Positions 1 to 13,169 of a DNA stretch of 64,000 nt are shown piece by piece. Source of the stretch: Laetmonice hystrix. Its lineage: Eukaryota. The DNA lies in NCBI GenBank assembly GCA_965235115.1, contig OZ249437.1:32922001-32986000 (forward strand), written 5' to 3'. The notes beneath the pieces were generated by a model. It was not told the DNA's origin. It saw only the letters and a program-made list of their open reading frames with translations, and searched no databases. The position numbers and the translations under genes were made by a program. Numbering within the stretch: position 1 is the first letter of the stretch; each line of letters begins with the position of its first letter.

Positions 1-622
1 GGCCTATAAGATTTGAGCATCACCCTTGTACCCTGGAGACATTAACTATTTGAGATTTAGGTTACGTCCGCTAATGATAACATAGTAGAATTAGTTAAAG
101 AGCAATAACTAGTGAAAAAAGTCAGGATCAACCGTATAGATTTAATATATAACATTGGTCTAAGTAAAAGTACACCCTTGAGGTAAGGCGCCCAGGGCTG
201 GGTTGCTCCAGGAATAACGATTTTATTCAGGTTTTGTCCTCGCTAACACCCTTTTACTAGGCGAATACGAGAATATTCAATTTTCACCGTTTTATAGTAA
301 GAATAACATTATACATACATGTATAAATGCAGTAAGTATATGAGATCATACAAAGAAACCGTGAATAACAATGTAATTATAGAATTAACGCTGTTGATAA
401 CAAGCGAGCCGACACGTAAATAATTATGTTATCCCTGATGAGATTACACTCATATACTTGTTCCCCTTTCATGTCAGAGAAGTAAACATATTAATTATGT
501 ATAATAGTAATAGAATTATACTCAGATATAGTAAAATTATGGAAAATAGACGGTTGGACAGCCAGTTTGAATACTCTCGAAATAAGGTGATCAATATTAA
601 TACATAAAGGTTAGTTGAAAAC

Positions 623-1700
623 CGCGTGGGTGTGGTGAAAGTTTACTATAACTGGGGTCAGTCGGTCAGACACGTGGGTGTGGTGAAAGTTTACTGTAAC
701 TGGGTCAGTCGGTCAGACACATGGGTGTGGTGAAAGTTTATTATAACTGGGGTCAGTCGGTCAGACACGTGGGTGTGGTGAAAGTTTACTGTAACTGGGG
801 TCAGTCGGTCAGACACGTGGGTGTGGTGAAAGTTTACTGTAACTGGGGTCAGTCGGTCAGACACGTGGGTGTGGTGAAAGTTGACTATAACTGGAGTCAG
901 TCGGTCAGACACGTGGGTGTGGTGAAAGTTGACCATAACTGGGGTCAGTCGGTCAGACACGTGGGTGTGTTGAAAGTGGACTATAACTGGGGTCAGTCGG
1001 TCAGACACGTGGGTGTGTTGAAAGTTGACTATAACTGGGGTCAGTCGGTCAGACACATGGGTGTGGTGAAAGTTGACTATAACTGGGGTCAGTTGGTAAG
1101 ACACGTGGGTGTCAGTCGGTCAGACACGTGGGTGTGGTGAAAGTTGACTATAACTGGGGTCAGTCGGTCAGACACGTGGGTGTGGTGAAAGTTGACTATA
1201 ACTGGGGTCAGTTGGTAAGACACGTGGGTGTGGTGAAAGTTGACTATAACTGGGGTCAGTCGGTCAGACACGTGGGTGTGGTGAAAGTTGACTATAACTG
1301 GGGTCAGTCGGTCAGACACATGGGTGTGGTGAAAGTTGACTATAACTGGGGTCAGTCGGTCAGACACGTGGGTGTGGTGAAAGTTTACTGTAACTGGGGT
1401 CAGTCGGTCAGACACGTGGGTGTGGTGAAAGTTTACTGTAACTGGGGTCAGTCGGTCAGACACGTGGGTGTGGTGAAAGTTGACTATAACTGGGGTCAGT
1501 TGGTAAGACACGTGGGTGTGGTGAAAGTTGACTATAACTGGGGTCAGTCGGTCAGACACGTGGGTGTGGTGAAAGTTGACTATAACTGGGGTCAGTTGGT
1601 AAGACACGTGGGTGTCAGTCGGTAAGACACGTGGGTGTCAGTCGGTGAGACACGTGGGTGTCAGTCGGTAAGACACGTGGGTGTGGTGAAAGTTTACTAT
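623..1700. repeat. 48-bp minisatellite array (~22 units) with 23-bp deletion-variant units
   Basis: Unit CACGTGGGTGTGGTGAAAGTTGACTATAACTGGGGTCAGTCGGTCAGA is seen directly. A shortened unit CACGTGGGTGTCAGTCGGT(C/A)AGA occurs at ~1102 and three times at ~1605-1675. The 48-bp period (16 codons) explains the four repetitive ORFs at 691-1625. Confidence 0.97.
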
Positions 1701-4700
1701 AAAGACGGGCGGGGTGAGTAAGTAAAACACGTGGGTGTGGTGGACAACTTTTGGGTCAGTTTTTACCTCGACAGGTGCTATCAGTGCTGGGGGTGACTGT
1801 GTCACCGGGTGGAGATCATTGCTTGCACCGAATGAACTTGGGGGTAAATCCTTTCATGTACGATCCACTTCGATCTGCATGCGTCGTCGCAAAAAGGTCA
1901 TATTGATGCGACCAAAGGTTTCTGTGGTCTGCTGGAGTCACGGGCAGAGTCTGGCGTGAAGGTCGCGAAGGGAGACTCAGAGGTACAGTTGATTAAGTAA
2001 GCAGGGGAGGATCCAGAAAAGGGACGCTGGAAGGGAGGAAGCACGGATTTCTACCTCTGCTACCGTCAATATCAGTGCCAGGTCAGTTTTAGCAAACACT
2101 GGTGTACTTGTGGGCCACCGTACATTTGTTATGCAAGGCTGCACGCCTTGAATGAGAACAAAAATCGGGCCCGAGGACATTTGAATGAATGCTAATGTAC
2201 AAGGCTTACAGTCCAGTGAGTATTTATCTCGGTATATGTAGTACATACACTTAGATTTCACCCTGGAACATGACATGCATTGAATCGGCTCTTCATAATC
2301 ATTCGTGGTTTCTCGCTTTCTCCTTTTCGTTCTCTATCTACTCCTCCTCTCCCTTCCTTGTCTATCTGTTGATTATTTTCAGACATTTTATGGACTTTTA
2401 TAAAACTATAGATATAGGATGATATATTTTTTGCATTGCATTTGGCATTAGGAATCTTCAAATAACGTGAGAATGGAGAATGTTGGAAATGCTGCCGTAA
2501 CTCGTGCGGTTTGTACAAGAGGCGGTGAGCCATGCGCATGCCTAGTCGGCAAGACGGCAGTGTTTGAACATGACATTGAAAACTAAATGTGTAAATAACA
2601 AGGAGTAGGATAGATTATGATAAGGTAGTTCCACCTGCGTGACCAGTCATGTACGTATTTCCCATCGATACGGGCAGTTTCAATTATAACGCCCATGGAT
2701 GATGAAGAGGGCGAATAATGGCAGTAATTGGCGGCGTACTCGATCACCGAAGTTCTCAATCACCCCGCTAGGAGGCTGTGTAGAGACGTGCCTGATCTGC
2801 TTTCTAATGTCCACCCACCTCCGTCTGGCAGCCTGGAAGAAGGAGTTCTAAGTATTAATAGCGGCTGGCCGCTCAAGGGGTCCTGCCACGGGAGAGAGAG
2901 AGACAAAGAGAAGCGAATCCAGTCCCATCAGTTCTATCATGTCATTTTCATATTCACTGTTCTAACAGGATGTCAAGGACGATTCACACAGTTTACGTCT
3001 CCAGTCCATTAGTAAAAAAAAACATCTTTTTAATAAATTGAGGTCCATGTATTAAATGAACACATTGATAATATAAAAAGATTTAGAAAGGTACACATGA
3101 AAAAGGTTGGACGTTACGTGAGGCCTTGCATGGTTCAGATTGCGGAGAACAGGTTATAATGGCTATTTGATTCCCTATGCTTACCGCTTTTCACGAAGAA
3201 TTTGTATAATCCTTATGAGTAGCAAGAATAAGCCAATATTCTCTTCATCGTGTCTTTACTCCGTGAACATGATAGCACCGTAACTCGTTCTCTACGTACA
3301 ACTGTGATCTCCTGTAGTCCGGAAATATGATCATAGACACATCATATTTCATATTGTGCATGAACCTACGGCCTCTGTCGCTTAATTGAATTAATCGAAC
3401 GGACCTCTTTATACTTGATATGATGTTAAGAAATAATCCATTACACGGATATGTAGAATTAAGAAGGATAAAGTGATTAAGGAGCTTATCCTCAAAGGTA
3501 TACATAGCGAACGATATTGGTATGTGCACGGTATACAGATACTAATAGAACCAGACATAACGCTTTTGGCTTTTAATTTCCCTTGCCATTATAGATTAAA
3601 TTTGGAATAAACAAATCAGCGATGAATACTTGAAATGTTAGTGGTTCTAGTTTGTTGTTTGAAGAAGTCAGGAGAACATTTTATACTCGCAGTTTTTCAC
3701 TTCGCGATGACGTGCCGTATTGAGCCTGTATTAGGGACCACTTTTTGTGAACTACTTACGGAGGCACTCCAAGCGATTTCCTACCATGATACGAAGAAAG
3801 AAGTATAATTTTGAGACAGAGTTAATTATCACTCATGATTTTAGGCTTATTGTTTTCTATAATAACTGTAATACTCTGTGTATGTTAGATAACAACCTCC
3901 GATCGTTCACCAAACGGTTGGCGCCAGTCCTTGACGAGCAATTTTATCACTATATGATAATCTGGCTTCCAGCCGGCTTCGTTAAACTAGATCTTATCAA
4001 CTCCACTTCTCTTTATTCAGCAGACTGAGAGTTGTCTTACGTGCCACTTAAATCGGCGGAATCGAGGCGCCCATGTTCGTGCATGTGGCACTCCAAGTCA
4101 TACGACCGCACGGGGCTAAGAGTTATTTCATACTTCCGGCCCAATTTGTAATGGTTTCATATCTAAACGGAGTCACACGGGCCGACGTGGAGTTCCCCCC
4201 AGAGCACTCGAGTACTACTTGAGGGGAAGTTCCGTGGTAGACTCGTCGGGTGGATGGTGACAGCACTCGGTGGATCCTGGAAACATCACTGACACACGAC
4301 CTGGACAACTGAACATACAGCGGCACTTGAAACATTGGTTTTTATACAAACCTCTGGTCGGAACCAACGCATTGCATGTGGTAGACAGAAGTGGATGATT
4401 AGAGGAAATATTACAACAGATTTAATAGATTCCTGGGTTTCTAATTGGGTATGGGTCGAGTGGATGTACTGATTCGCCTTCATTTATCGACAGCCTACCC
4501 TACTCCCGAGATATTACAATAATTACAAACCCCACAAGTCCTGCTCATAGATGCAGGCCCCTGATATAATGCGCCTTTACTCATATCATGCGCGGTACAC
4601 AACACCTAAGTCTTTTCGTCCAATTACTTCTGCGCACGACATTAGCTTACTTATAAATTATTCAACGGTGCAGTTAGCTCGAACATTACTTTACACTATG

Positions 4701-7700
4701 TGGGACGTGCGGCCGGGTGATCCGCAATAGAAGTGCGTTTTGTCCCACTGATAATTAGGATTTCGGAGATTTGCTACAATGTAAAATGCTTCATGTACTG
4801 CGCGCAATAGCTGGTTTACAACAATCAGTAAGTGACAAGCTCTCCATACAAATTGGTGGCACACCATTTTCAAATGAATCGAAATGCAATGTCGGCCGAG
4901 CTGTCAGGTTGACCATAATGTTGATTTGCCTTAATGAGTATCGTTTGCTATTCACATAGGCGCTAAACTGAAAGTAGAGATCATTACAAAAATAATAGGG
5001 CCCTCTGCACGTGTTTTCAGACAAGAACCGTGCGTGCATGTCATCCTTCTTCAATTAACACCGACGAGTTTGAAAAGTGTCCAGTTCTCGTTTTCAGATG
5101 GAAACGTTTCCCTTCAGCCTCGAGTTGAACATCGGTCCATAACGTTCCGGCGTACCGGTTCATGTTCATATTACAATGTACAGATTATTGCCTCCCGCCT
5201 GCCATATTTCTTCGTCATCTGGATTGGGAGGTGACAAAGGGATGAACTGCTACCTTTTCATAAACTTTGATTTTGCAGGCGGCTGGAAAATCAGTCTACC
5301 AACCATACTCATAATAATGTTTGAAGAGAGTCATTCGATTCTTTCATTGCAAATGGTATAGAAATACTCAGTGTGCCATGTGGCCTGTAGAAAAGTGACG
5401 GAATGAGAAGGTTTTAGTGGATGTACAGAGGAAGAGAGTGCTTATAGAGTCGCTGGTAACTTGGAAGATAGTCACAGGCCGGAGTCACGTTATTTATCCC
5501 ACCCTACCCCCAAAATTCAACAACGAGACCTATGTCTATATGTCCCGACGGAGGTTATGAAATGCCTTCTCTAAAGGCTTGGTGCATCAGCTCTTGAAAA
5601 ATGGGCCCTTTCTTTCATCCGTTTGGTCAAATCCAAAAATATCGTTGTTTATGTGAATTTCTCGTGATACTAATATTGTTGATGAGTATCAGTGAGACGT
5701 AATTCCCACAACATGGCTGATGATGAACGGATACTGTCTACCAACGTTTTGTGGATGACACAGGACGCCCTTGGATTAGTGCCAGGGGGGTCCAGTTGTA
5801 CACAGTCGGATTTCTCTCATCCGCTTCCGCTAAACATTTTCAAAGAAAAAGATGTCCGGTATCGGGCTCTCCCAGAAAGGGCCCTGATGGACCGATCGTT
5901 CATGGCTGATTTCTGTATGGCTTGTTTCTGATTGGCCCATTACGTACCGTTATTATCTGGGATGTTGTGGAGGGTACTATCAATTTGGACAAATTCCCGA
6001 AAGAATCGGATGCTCGGGTCTGAATCACTGCGCATGCCTGACTACCGATACAATCCGTCATCTGACGTCACGACTCCGGCGTCTTGTTGGCGGTCTTTTA
6101 ACGTGTAATCTCGCGGCGATCTGGCGAGAGAAGTTAATTGCGAGATGTTCCCTTTGCCCCACGTCCTCGCGCCCTGGGAGTAACCCGGATGTTCATGTTT
6201 CCGATAGGAAGTCACAGCCGGAAATCTAATTTCCCGATAACACTAGAAACCAGACCCGACTCAGGGGGAGTTTAAGGAATTGTATGTATTTTTTTCTTGT
6301 TTCTGCGAATGTTAACGGATTTTTTTCATGGAAATGTGAAAACCAAAGCAGAAACAGGAACAGAAACAAAGAAAAACAATCAAACAAAGCGAAGGGGGAA
6401 TCTTCTTTTGAGGATTGATTTGGGTAACTTACAATTTAGTTCTCTCATTTTAAATGTATACCTTCCACAAGACCTGTTGCAAAAGAAGAGGACAGCTTTT
6501 TCTACCTGGACATCGACATCGACCTGGACATTGTTGTTCAGTAAATGAAATGAACACGTGGCTATCTATTGTCACATGGATACATTTATTCTGTACAGGA
6601 GTTTATAGAGCGACAATCTTTTATAACGATGACCTACCTCGCCAAGTAAAACCTGGCTTCGACCTCTTGGTCCAGTTCGAAAAATAAAGGCTGAGCCGCC
6701 ATTCGGCCCACCTACAATTGTTTAACTGATACACTGTAGGACCACCTGGTCGGGCTACCCGAACACAGTCAAAGGCTCGACTTTATCATGCATCAACCAG
6801 TAATATTTTTGTGAGTGTTAAAAATGAATACCTCGCCTTTAAAATGCGATACGCTTTTCCGCTCCACTTTATCTTTTGTTCTGCAAGATTTTCACGTTGT
6901 TTGTTTGAGAAACCGGGTTTTTAAATATTGCTTGGCACCCTGTACCGTTGGGTAGGTCGGCAGTAATACAATGTGAAATTCACACAGCACAGACAGTTAC
7001 AGTGGAGTATTTATAAGGTCACTATCATTAAAAGATGTCCTTTTTTTCCAGCTTCAGCGTCTTGTGTTAACACCTTCCTCCTCCATAAATACTTTTTGTC
7101 ACGCTGTACCATCTCGAGTGTCAATGTTGTATTTTCTATTGTTGTACACAAGCAAGCCTTTCATACCGATACAAGCGCACTCTTGGTATGAGTGTACATC
7201 CAGAGGTAGTCAACCCCACTTCTTAAAACATACACTACCAATCCAACAACTTCGGAGTGAATCTCAAGACAGGATATCACTAACACGGACTGTCACCAAT
7301 TTCGCAACAATATCATGAAATATTCACCAATCGCAAAATATAATTGGCAAGAATGTAACTAACCTGGGTCGTGTAGAGATATGAAACGGCGCTACGTGAG
7401 AAGCTACAACCGCCTGTTTGACTAGAATATCACAGTTCAGTAACTGGGGGTGGAAGGGGTTGGAGTTGGTCATACTGGTGTGGATACAGAGATACGGTTC
7501 CCAGGATGCCAAAGTTATACCAAACATACCACTGAACAGGCCTAGATATTAATTACTGCTTAAGGTTTCTTATCAATATCATGATACATTACGTCTTTAT
7601 TCAAGGTAAAACACCACATAATAACTGGGGTGGATCCAGGATCTGAGAAACGACGACAGGGGACATTGAGTGGCGGGAGGGGCAAAAAATCTATTACAAC

Positions 7701-10700
7701 TAAAAGAGATTAGCCTAAAACGGGTTGGGTCCGGACCATACATGTATACCAAGTTGTTTAATATATCTCTGGTCCGGGCCACCTGGATCCAGACCGTATG
7801 AGATTATTTTGTATCGTCTCCACTAACACCGATACAGTATAAGGACGTTTCTTATTAAATCCACTTCTAACGTTAACACTTATATTAGAAAATATTTTCA
7901 TATCGCACTTTATGTTTGCAATGAATGAAGGAGGAAGCTGCACAGACTTCATCCTTGGAGGCGAACGTTTAGTATGACAAACATGGAATGTACAGACGAC
8001 AGGTGCATCAGTATAAAGATACGAAACCAAATCTCGGTGCGCATGGTCCACCTAGTGTCAGGAACGTCTGATAGATGGCGCTCCAGTCATTCACTGCCGT
8101 TTGCCTGAGTCTTGACACGACCCTAAGTCCAAGTGTTCGCTATGGGAATCACAATACCTCGCCTCCTATCATTTACCTAGGAAATGGCAGGAGAAATACC
8201 TTTATGTGACTCGCAATTCAGATTAGCAACAAACTACACTGGAGAGATGAAGCAGCCAGACACGCCTATAATTTTTCTCTGCGAAAGGGAGCTATTGGAG
8301 TCGTGTCAGTAATGTTACTTCCTCAGACTATTGCACGGGAGCCACAATAACAAAGTTGGCACGACTTGAGATAAACCAGAGAGTCGCACACCGGCGCTGA
8401 ATCTCCCATACACTATTGACGCAACGACACGTCACCTCATTTTAAAACAAAGTGCGAGGATACTCGACATGACATTTAACCCCGTCTGTGAATAGCAGTA
8501 AAAAAGTCTGATGTGTTTAACATATGAACATAAAATCCTTCTGCTGACTGCAAGGCTATCGATTGTAATCGGCATTGATAAGGAAGAAAAAAAGGGTCGA
8601 ATGTGCTAATGTGCAAATTATCTATATCATGGCACCACTGCTCAAAAAGGGCAAAAGTCCAGAATACGTATATTCATTGCGCATAAATAAAGTAATAAGG
8701 TGTTCGTGTCAGCGATATACAAGTATGTATATCCTCTGATGGCATAACATTTGCCTTGGCCAGGATCTTTCAGTTCTTAGTACTTTTCGAGATCCATTTT
8801 AGTATAAACTGTTCGCTCCCCGAGTTCTGCCTCAAATGTCCTTGTTACGGAGACACTCCACCACCATAAACCATCTCCCCAAAGGCGAACACTGCACATT
8901 TGTGGAAACAGGTCGGAAAATGAAAATCTCCTGCGCCTGTACGGTTCAACTGGCAAGGAAATGGTCGAAAATTACCTGTCTACAGAGACAAGTCAAACGC
9001 ATTTCACTCCAGTCTGATTGCGTGTTTTCTGCTTGAAGAATCCCTGCATCATCTTGTCCACCCAGTTTAAAAAAACCCAGACCAACTGAAGCAAGCACGG
9101 GCAACTTAACAAAGAAAAGCGTCGCGTGCTATGCTCAGAGACGTCTCTGGCAAAGGAAGAAGCAGGAAAACAATGCGTGGATGAGCGTACACTAACAAGC
9201 CAACAGTCCCTTAGCACCAATAGACACTGAATATTATATTTCACTCATAAAGAACATCTGCGGTTGTGTTAAAGGAATTCTTCCACTCGGCTCCGCTCCT
9301 CCAGAGCTCGTCGTATAACTTTGCTATCGTAGCCACTGAAACTTTCAACTAACCGGTAAAAGACGCACAGTAAGACGTTCGTTAACATCACCATGGTAAC
9401 GATTAACAAAAAGGTCGTCTTTCTCAGCGTCTCATCAGACCGCGATACCTCATGAAAAATATACAGATACGGACACATGACGATGTGATGAGCATGAGAT
9501 CCACACAGGCATGAAGTATGAAATTGTAACGTATATGTTCATATTACATTCATGTTAACGGTTCGTTAAGTTGAACCTAACGAAATGACGATTACAAGGC
9601 TCAACATTTCCCCACCTCCATCTCTGCCTTGTAGTCGCCTCTGATTGCACAGCAAATTCAGTAACTGTGTTCTTCTTCAATAAAATGTCAAACTGCTAAT
9701 CCCAAATAACGAATACCATCTTTGCCGCTAGTCGGCGTGCAATATTATTCAATTTACGGTCTGTGCACGGACACTGAAGATCCATTTGTTTAGGTTATCG
9801 TGGGTTTTAAATGTTGATAATACTCAATTGTTTCTTTAATAATCCCACGGACAAATCCGTTCTGCACAAACATTCAAGAAACGTATTGGGCCACCTGCAG
9901 TTTCAGCATAAAACGGATATAATTTTAAATATTTTATATTGACTAGACGCAACTAGACACCTCAATCTGTGCTTTCGTTTTCATTTGTAACCTGACTCAC
10001 CACAGCATGTACGATTACATCTTACAGTCTCTAGGTTCTCAAACTGGCACCAAGATTAAATGGTTCTTCCCTGATGTCAGAGCTTTCAAAAATCTACACT
10101 GAAAAATTAACATCAATCGGCTGGCAGTTCTCTAGCATTCAGGTAATATGAGGACATTCGACATTAAACAATCGACTGAAATGTTTATCATACAAACATA
10201 TTTGTATAAATAGGATCGATTTTACACCAATAACTTATGTATGACTGGGACCTTTTCTTATAATATTCATGATTATATTTGGTTTCATCTAATTTTCCTA
10301 ATTTACTTTTACGGATTTGTAAACCCTTTCCCAATACTGCAAATATCTGTTATATGTAGTAGCTATTTTCTGCCAGGTCTATTAGATCTTTTTCATGGAT
10401 TTTCCTGTCGTGCCTAAATCTGTCCTTAAAACTGGACAACCCCAGGTAGCCTAAAAATAGAATACATCGAGATGGGAGACATGGGATTGCCACAATTTTA
10501 CGGACCTTTCTTATTACGTCATAAATATTCTACATACACGTGTAGTTTACTTTGAGACCCTACACACCGTCAGTTTGGTTATATATCATATATCTAAGCA
10601 GTTCTGAGTCACTGATTTCTTCTCTGGCAGAACTTACCAGCACAGCACGCACCTGATGTTCATGCCAAAGTCTTGCACTAAGAAACATATTTTTGGTTTC

Positions 10701-10741
10701 GTTCAGTCATTCAAACAAACAAAATGGTAGAAGATATTTGG

Positions 10742-12817
10742 CTAGCAGCTTTTACATTTGCAGAGGAATGGTATCTGAAACGCCATGAGCGTGATGACGA
10801 CAGCAGTGACGACAAGAGGATTGCTGGCGCCCTTAGCCGGAGTTGTCGTCGACACGTTGACGTCAGCAAGCGTCTCCGTTACGTCAATCGTCTCCGCTGT
10901 CGACGTTTCTACCTCGTACTCTACAGTAGCACTGCTGTTTAAAACTTTCTCCTCAGAGAACGTTAATAGGACGAGTTTTCTCTTTTCGAACGTGGCAATA
11001 GGACGCAACCTGCCGCGCCTTATCCTCCGTTTGGATATCTCATTGCACTGAGAAGCATCGACTAGATAGAACATATTTGGCTGTCTTTGTGGAAAGATCC
11101 AACAAAAGACTTTGTAAGGGTTGCGCTGGTTCCTAGTGACCAGCAGCCGGTCGTTGGCCGGCGCAAACGTGGAGAATTCCACACAGGAATACACATCCCG
11201 CACTCGCTGTACGGGACATCCGGGGAAGCTGAACCGGAAGTAATCCTTGGTACCGTTCGATTCATTCTGGAGGAGTTCCCCTGAGCACCTCACGTCATCT
11301 TTATACGACACCTCCACACGGTTAAACTCCTCCAAGTCGCACGTCACGGTGCGGTTGGCTGTTTTCGGGACAAGCATCCTCATGTGACGACTTCGATAAC
11401 GTATCTTAGGACCGATTCCGTCCGATTCGTGTTCGTATTCAAAATTTTCGCAGGAGAGTTTCTCGGTGGCCGTCGATACGAGCGGCCAGCGCCGGCTCTG
11501 ACTGATCTGGAAGAAAAACGCCGCTGGCGACTTCTGAATGAATCTGGCGCATGCGTAGCGAGCCCTGCAGCCGTTGTCGTACGTTGTGACGACCATTTTC
11601 TCCTCGGCGTTGTGTTTACCGCTTGGTACGATCAGAGTGCGCCAGTCGACGCACTGATACTTGTGGCGGTCGTCGATGACAAGCGACGAGGCGTTGATCA
11701 CGACTCTATCCTTCTCCGGTTCCGACGCGTCGACCCAGCCCCCTTGGAGGTCGTGCTTGAACGTGCACAAACGTGGATTGGTCGTGTTGCAGACGCCGCA
11801 CGACTTGGAGCACGTCACAGCCATCGTGTCGCTGTAACTACATGGATCCCCAAGCTCCGAACAGATCTCGTAGTCGTCAAAACACAGCGACCCCACCGAC
11901 TGCGGAGCCGAGCGAACCATGGCAAGACGTAGATAGTTCTGGGTCGACCGAATGATGTCCGACGTTTCTGCGACCAGGTCTTTGAAAACGAAAGCCACAA
12001 AAGACGCCGAGTTTCCCGTAATATCCTCAGTTGACAGGCGCATAATCCACATGTATGGGTGTTTTTCGTGTTTGAGTAGAATAAACGTGAGGTCCTCCAC
12101 CTCCCAGTTGGCCACACAAATCACTCTCTGAGAGGTGTACATGTACAGACCGTCAGGGACACAAGTTGTCTGTCGGAAGTAAAAGAACATACCCTCCCCG
12201 TGCTCACATTCGCTCTCCACCCTTGTCTCACCCTTGTACCCGTCACACACCCCTTGGTAGGCGCTCCTGTCAAATATGGTCATCTCAAACCCGCCGCGAA
12301 GTGCACAGTTCTCCTTGCTGTCCATGATACGAGACATATCTAACATGATCCAATCATCGAGCAACAACTGCTCGTCGTCACACAGTGACCGATCCATACG
12401 TTTGTTGACTGGGGCCACCTTCACCTGAACGAGGCCCGTGCCCCGCTGCAGGATCTGCATGCACGTGTAGCGACCTCCAACCTGGCCCTCCTCCTCGTGG
12501 GCCACCAAGAACTTATCGGCTCCAAACGCCTGCACACACACCCGCGTGTACGACCGCACTGACGTGTCGCTAGATGTCACCACCATCCGTCCGGTCTGAA
12601 ACCGGATGGAGAGTGACGGGTCCTTGTTCTGTTCTCGTATCCGGCCCCGCCATTCGTGGGCCGTCCCGTTCGTCTGCACAAACCCCGGGAAAACACAGCC
12701 GCTGACATTGACGACAGCGCATGCCATGAGCACGACCAGGAGGTGACACCGGCACGACTGGGTCGTCATGTCCGACCGTCTGGGTCCGTGTTGGTGAGTC
12801 CACGGCATGGGAGCCAT
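10742..12817 (-). CDS. Secreted or membrane-anchored Cys-rich protein, PTHR22255 (LP06548P)-like with DUF7042/DUF7043-type repeats and a central ShKT-like domain
   Basis: 691-aa uninterrupted ORF with ATG in good context (AAGCATGG) and an in-frame TAG upstream at 12875-12877. Hydrophobic signal segment CHLLVVLMACAVVNVSG. Repeated modules begin CVFPGF..W, CALRGGF..C..C..CVANW, CTFKHDLQGGW and CDL..C..C..CWIF. Several N-x-S/T sites, an S/T-rich stalk and a C-terminal hydrophobic stretch LVVTAVVITLMAFQIPFL. The region is more GC-rich than its flanks. Coding status is well supported; the family call is from recalled motif similarity, not a search. Confidence 0.9.
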   Translation of the reverse strand: MAPMPWTHQHGPRRSDMTTQSCRCHLLVVLMACAVVNVSGCVFPGFVQTNGTAHEWRGRIREQNKDPSLSIRFQTGRMVVTSSDTSVRSYTRVCVQAFGADKFLVAHEEEGQVGGRYTCMQILQRGTGLVQVKVAPVNKRMDRSLCDDEQLLLDDWIMLDMSRIMDSKENCALRGGFEMTIFDRSAYQGVCDGYKGETRVESECEHGEGMFFYFRQTTCVPDGLYMYTSQRVICVANWEVEDLTFILLKHEKHPYMWIMRLSTEDITGNSASFVAFVFKDLVAETSDIIRSTQNYLRLAMVRSAPQSVGSLCFDDYEICSELGDPCSYSDTMAVTCSKSCGVCNTTNPRLCTFKHDLQGGWVDASEPEKDRVVINASSLVIDDRHKYQCVDWRTLIVPSGKHNAEEKMVVTTYDNGCRARYACARFIQKSPAAFFFQISQSRRWPLVSTATEKLSCENFEYEHESDGIGPKIRYRSRHMRMLVPKTANRTVTCDLEEFNRVEVSYKDDVRCSGELLQNESNGTKDYFRFSFPGCPVQRVRDVYSCVEFSTFAPANDRLLVTRNQRNPYKVFCWIFPQRQPNMFYLVDASQCNEISKRRIRRGRLRPIATFEKRKLVLLTFSEEKVLNSSATVEYEVETSTAETIDVTETLADVNVSTTTPAKGASNPLVVTAVVITLMAFQIPFLCKCKSC
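11789..11884 (-). other. ShKT-like six-cysteine module within the 691-aa protein (aa 312-343)
   Basis: CFDDYEICSELGDPCSYSDTMAVTCSKSCGVC gives C-x6-C-x6-C-x9-C-x3-C-x2-C, ending in the typical ShKT C-x3-C-x2-C pattern. Confidence 0.75.
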
Positions 12818-13169
12818 GCTTGAGGGGGCAATTGTTAGCTTCCGACTGGAAACATTTACAGGGAAGGCACTCAGCTATAAGGCGCCTTGTCGGCTCTGGC
12901 CTCTCAAAGGTGGGATTGAAGGCACCTTCCAGTCGCAGTTGCCATGTGTTGGAACTCACGCTGCCAACTCCAGCAATGGCCACAATGACACATGCGTGGC
13001 TCGCCTGAATCTCTTATAGAGAGGGACGTCTCGATATAGGACGACACATCCACGAGGCGAGTGTGGTGGCACTGCCGATACGATATTCAGGGAACTCGCC
13101 AACCTCTCCGACTCGAAGCATTCGCCAGACTTGACTGCCAATACCAGGCACCTGTCGTTTGTGGGAGCC

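Noticed and set aside
433-455. CTGATGAG-attaca-CTC, resembling a minimal hammerhead ribozyme
   Set aside because: The required GAAA after stem II is missing and no stems I or III are evident.
691-1625. Four 137-172-aa repetitive ORFs on both strands
   Set aside because: They are by-products of a stop-free 48-bp (16-codon) array, with no unique flanking coding sequence.
1770-1830. RCYQCWG*LCH, resembling a gag zinc knuckle
   Set aside because: It contains a stop, the CCHC spacing is incomplete, and no adjacent gag/pol motifs support it.
6500-6560. PGHCCSVN, resembling a THAP N-terminus
   Set aside because: There is no start codon, second Cys, or downstream W/CSxHF/AVPT motif.
9269-9478. Exon-like minus-strand ORF ending RALEERSRVEEFL, with a CTGATGAG..GAAA hammerhead-like string
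   Set aside because: No recognisable homology, no partner exons, and stem II does not pair.
10724-12983. Overlapping ORFs around the main gene, such as 11384..11932 (+, 182 aa) and 12570..12983 (-)
   Set aside because: These are antisense or alternate-frame shadows of a GC-rich CDS with no domain features.
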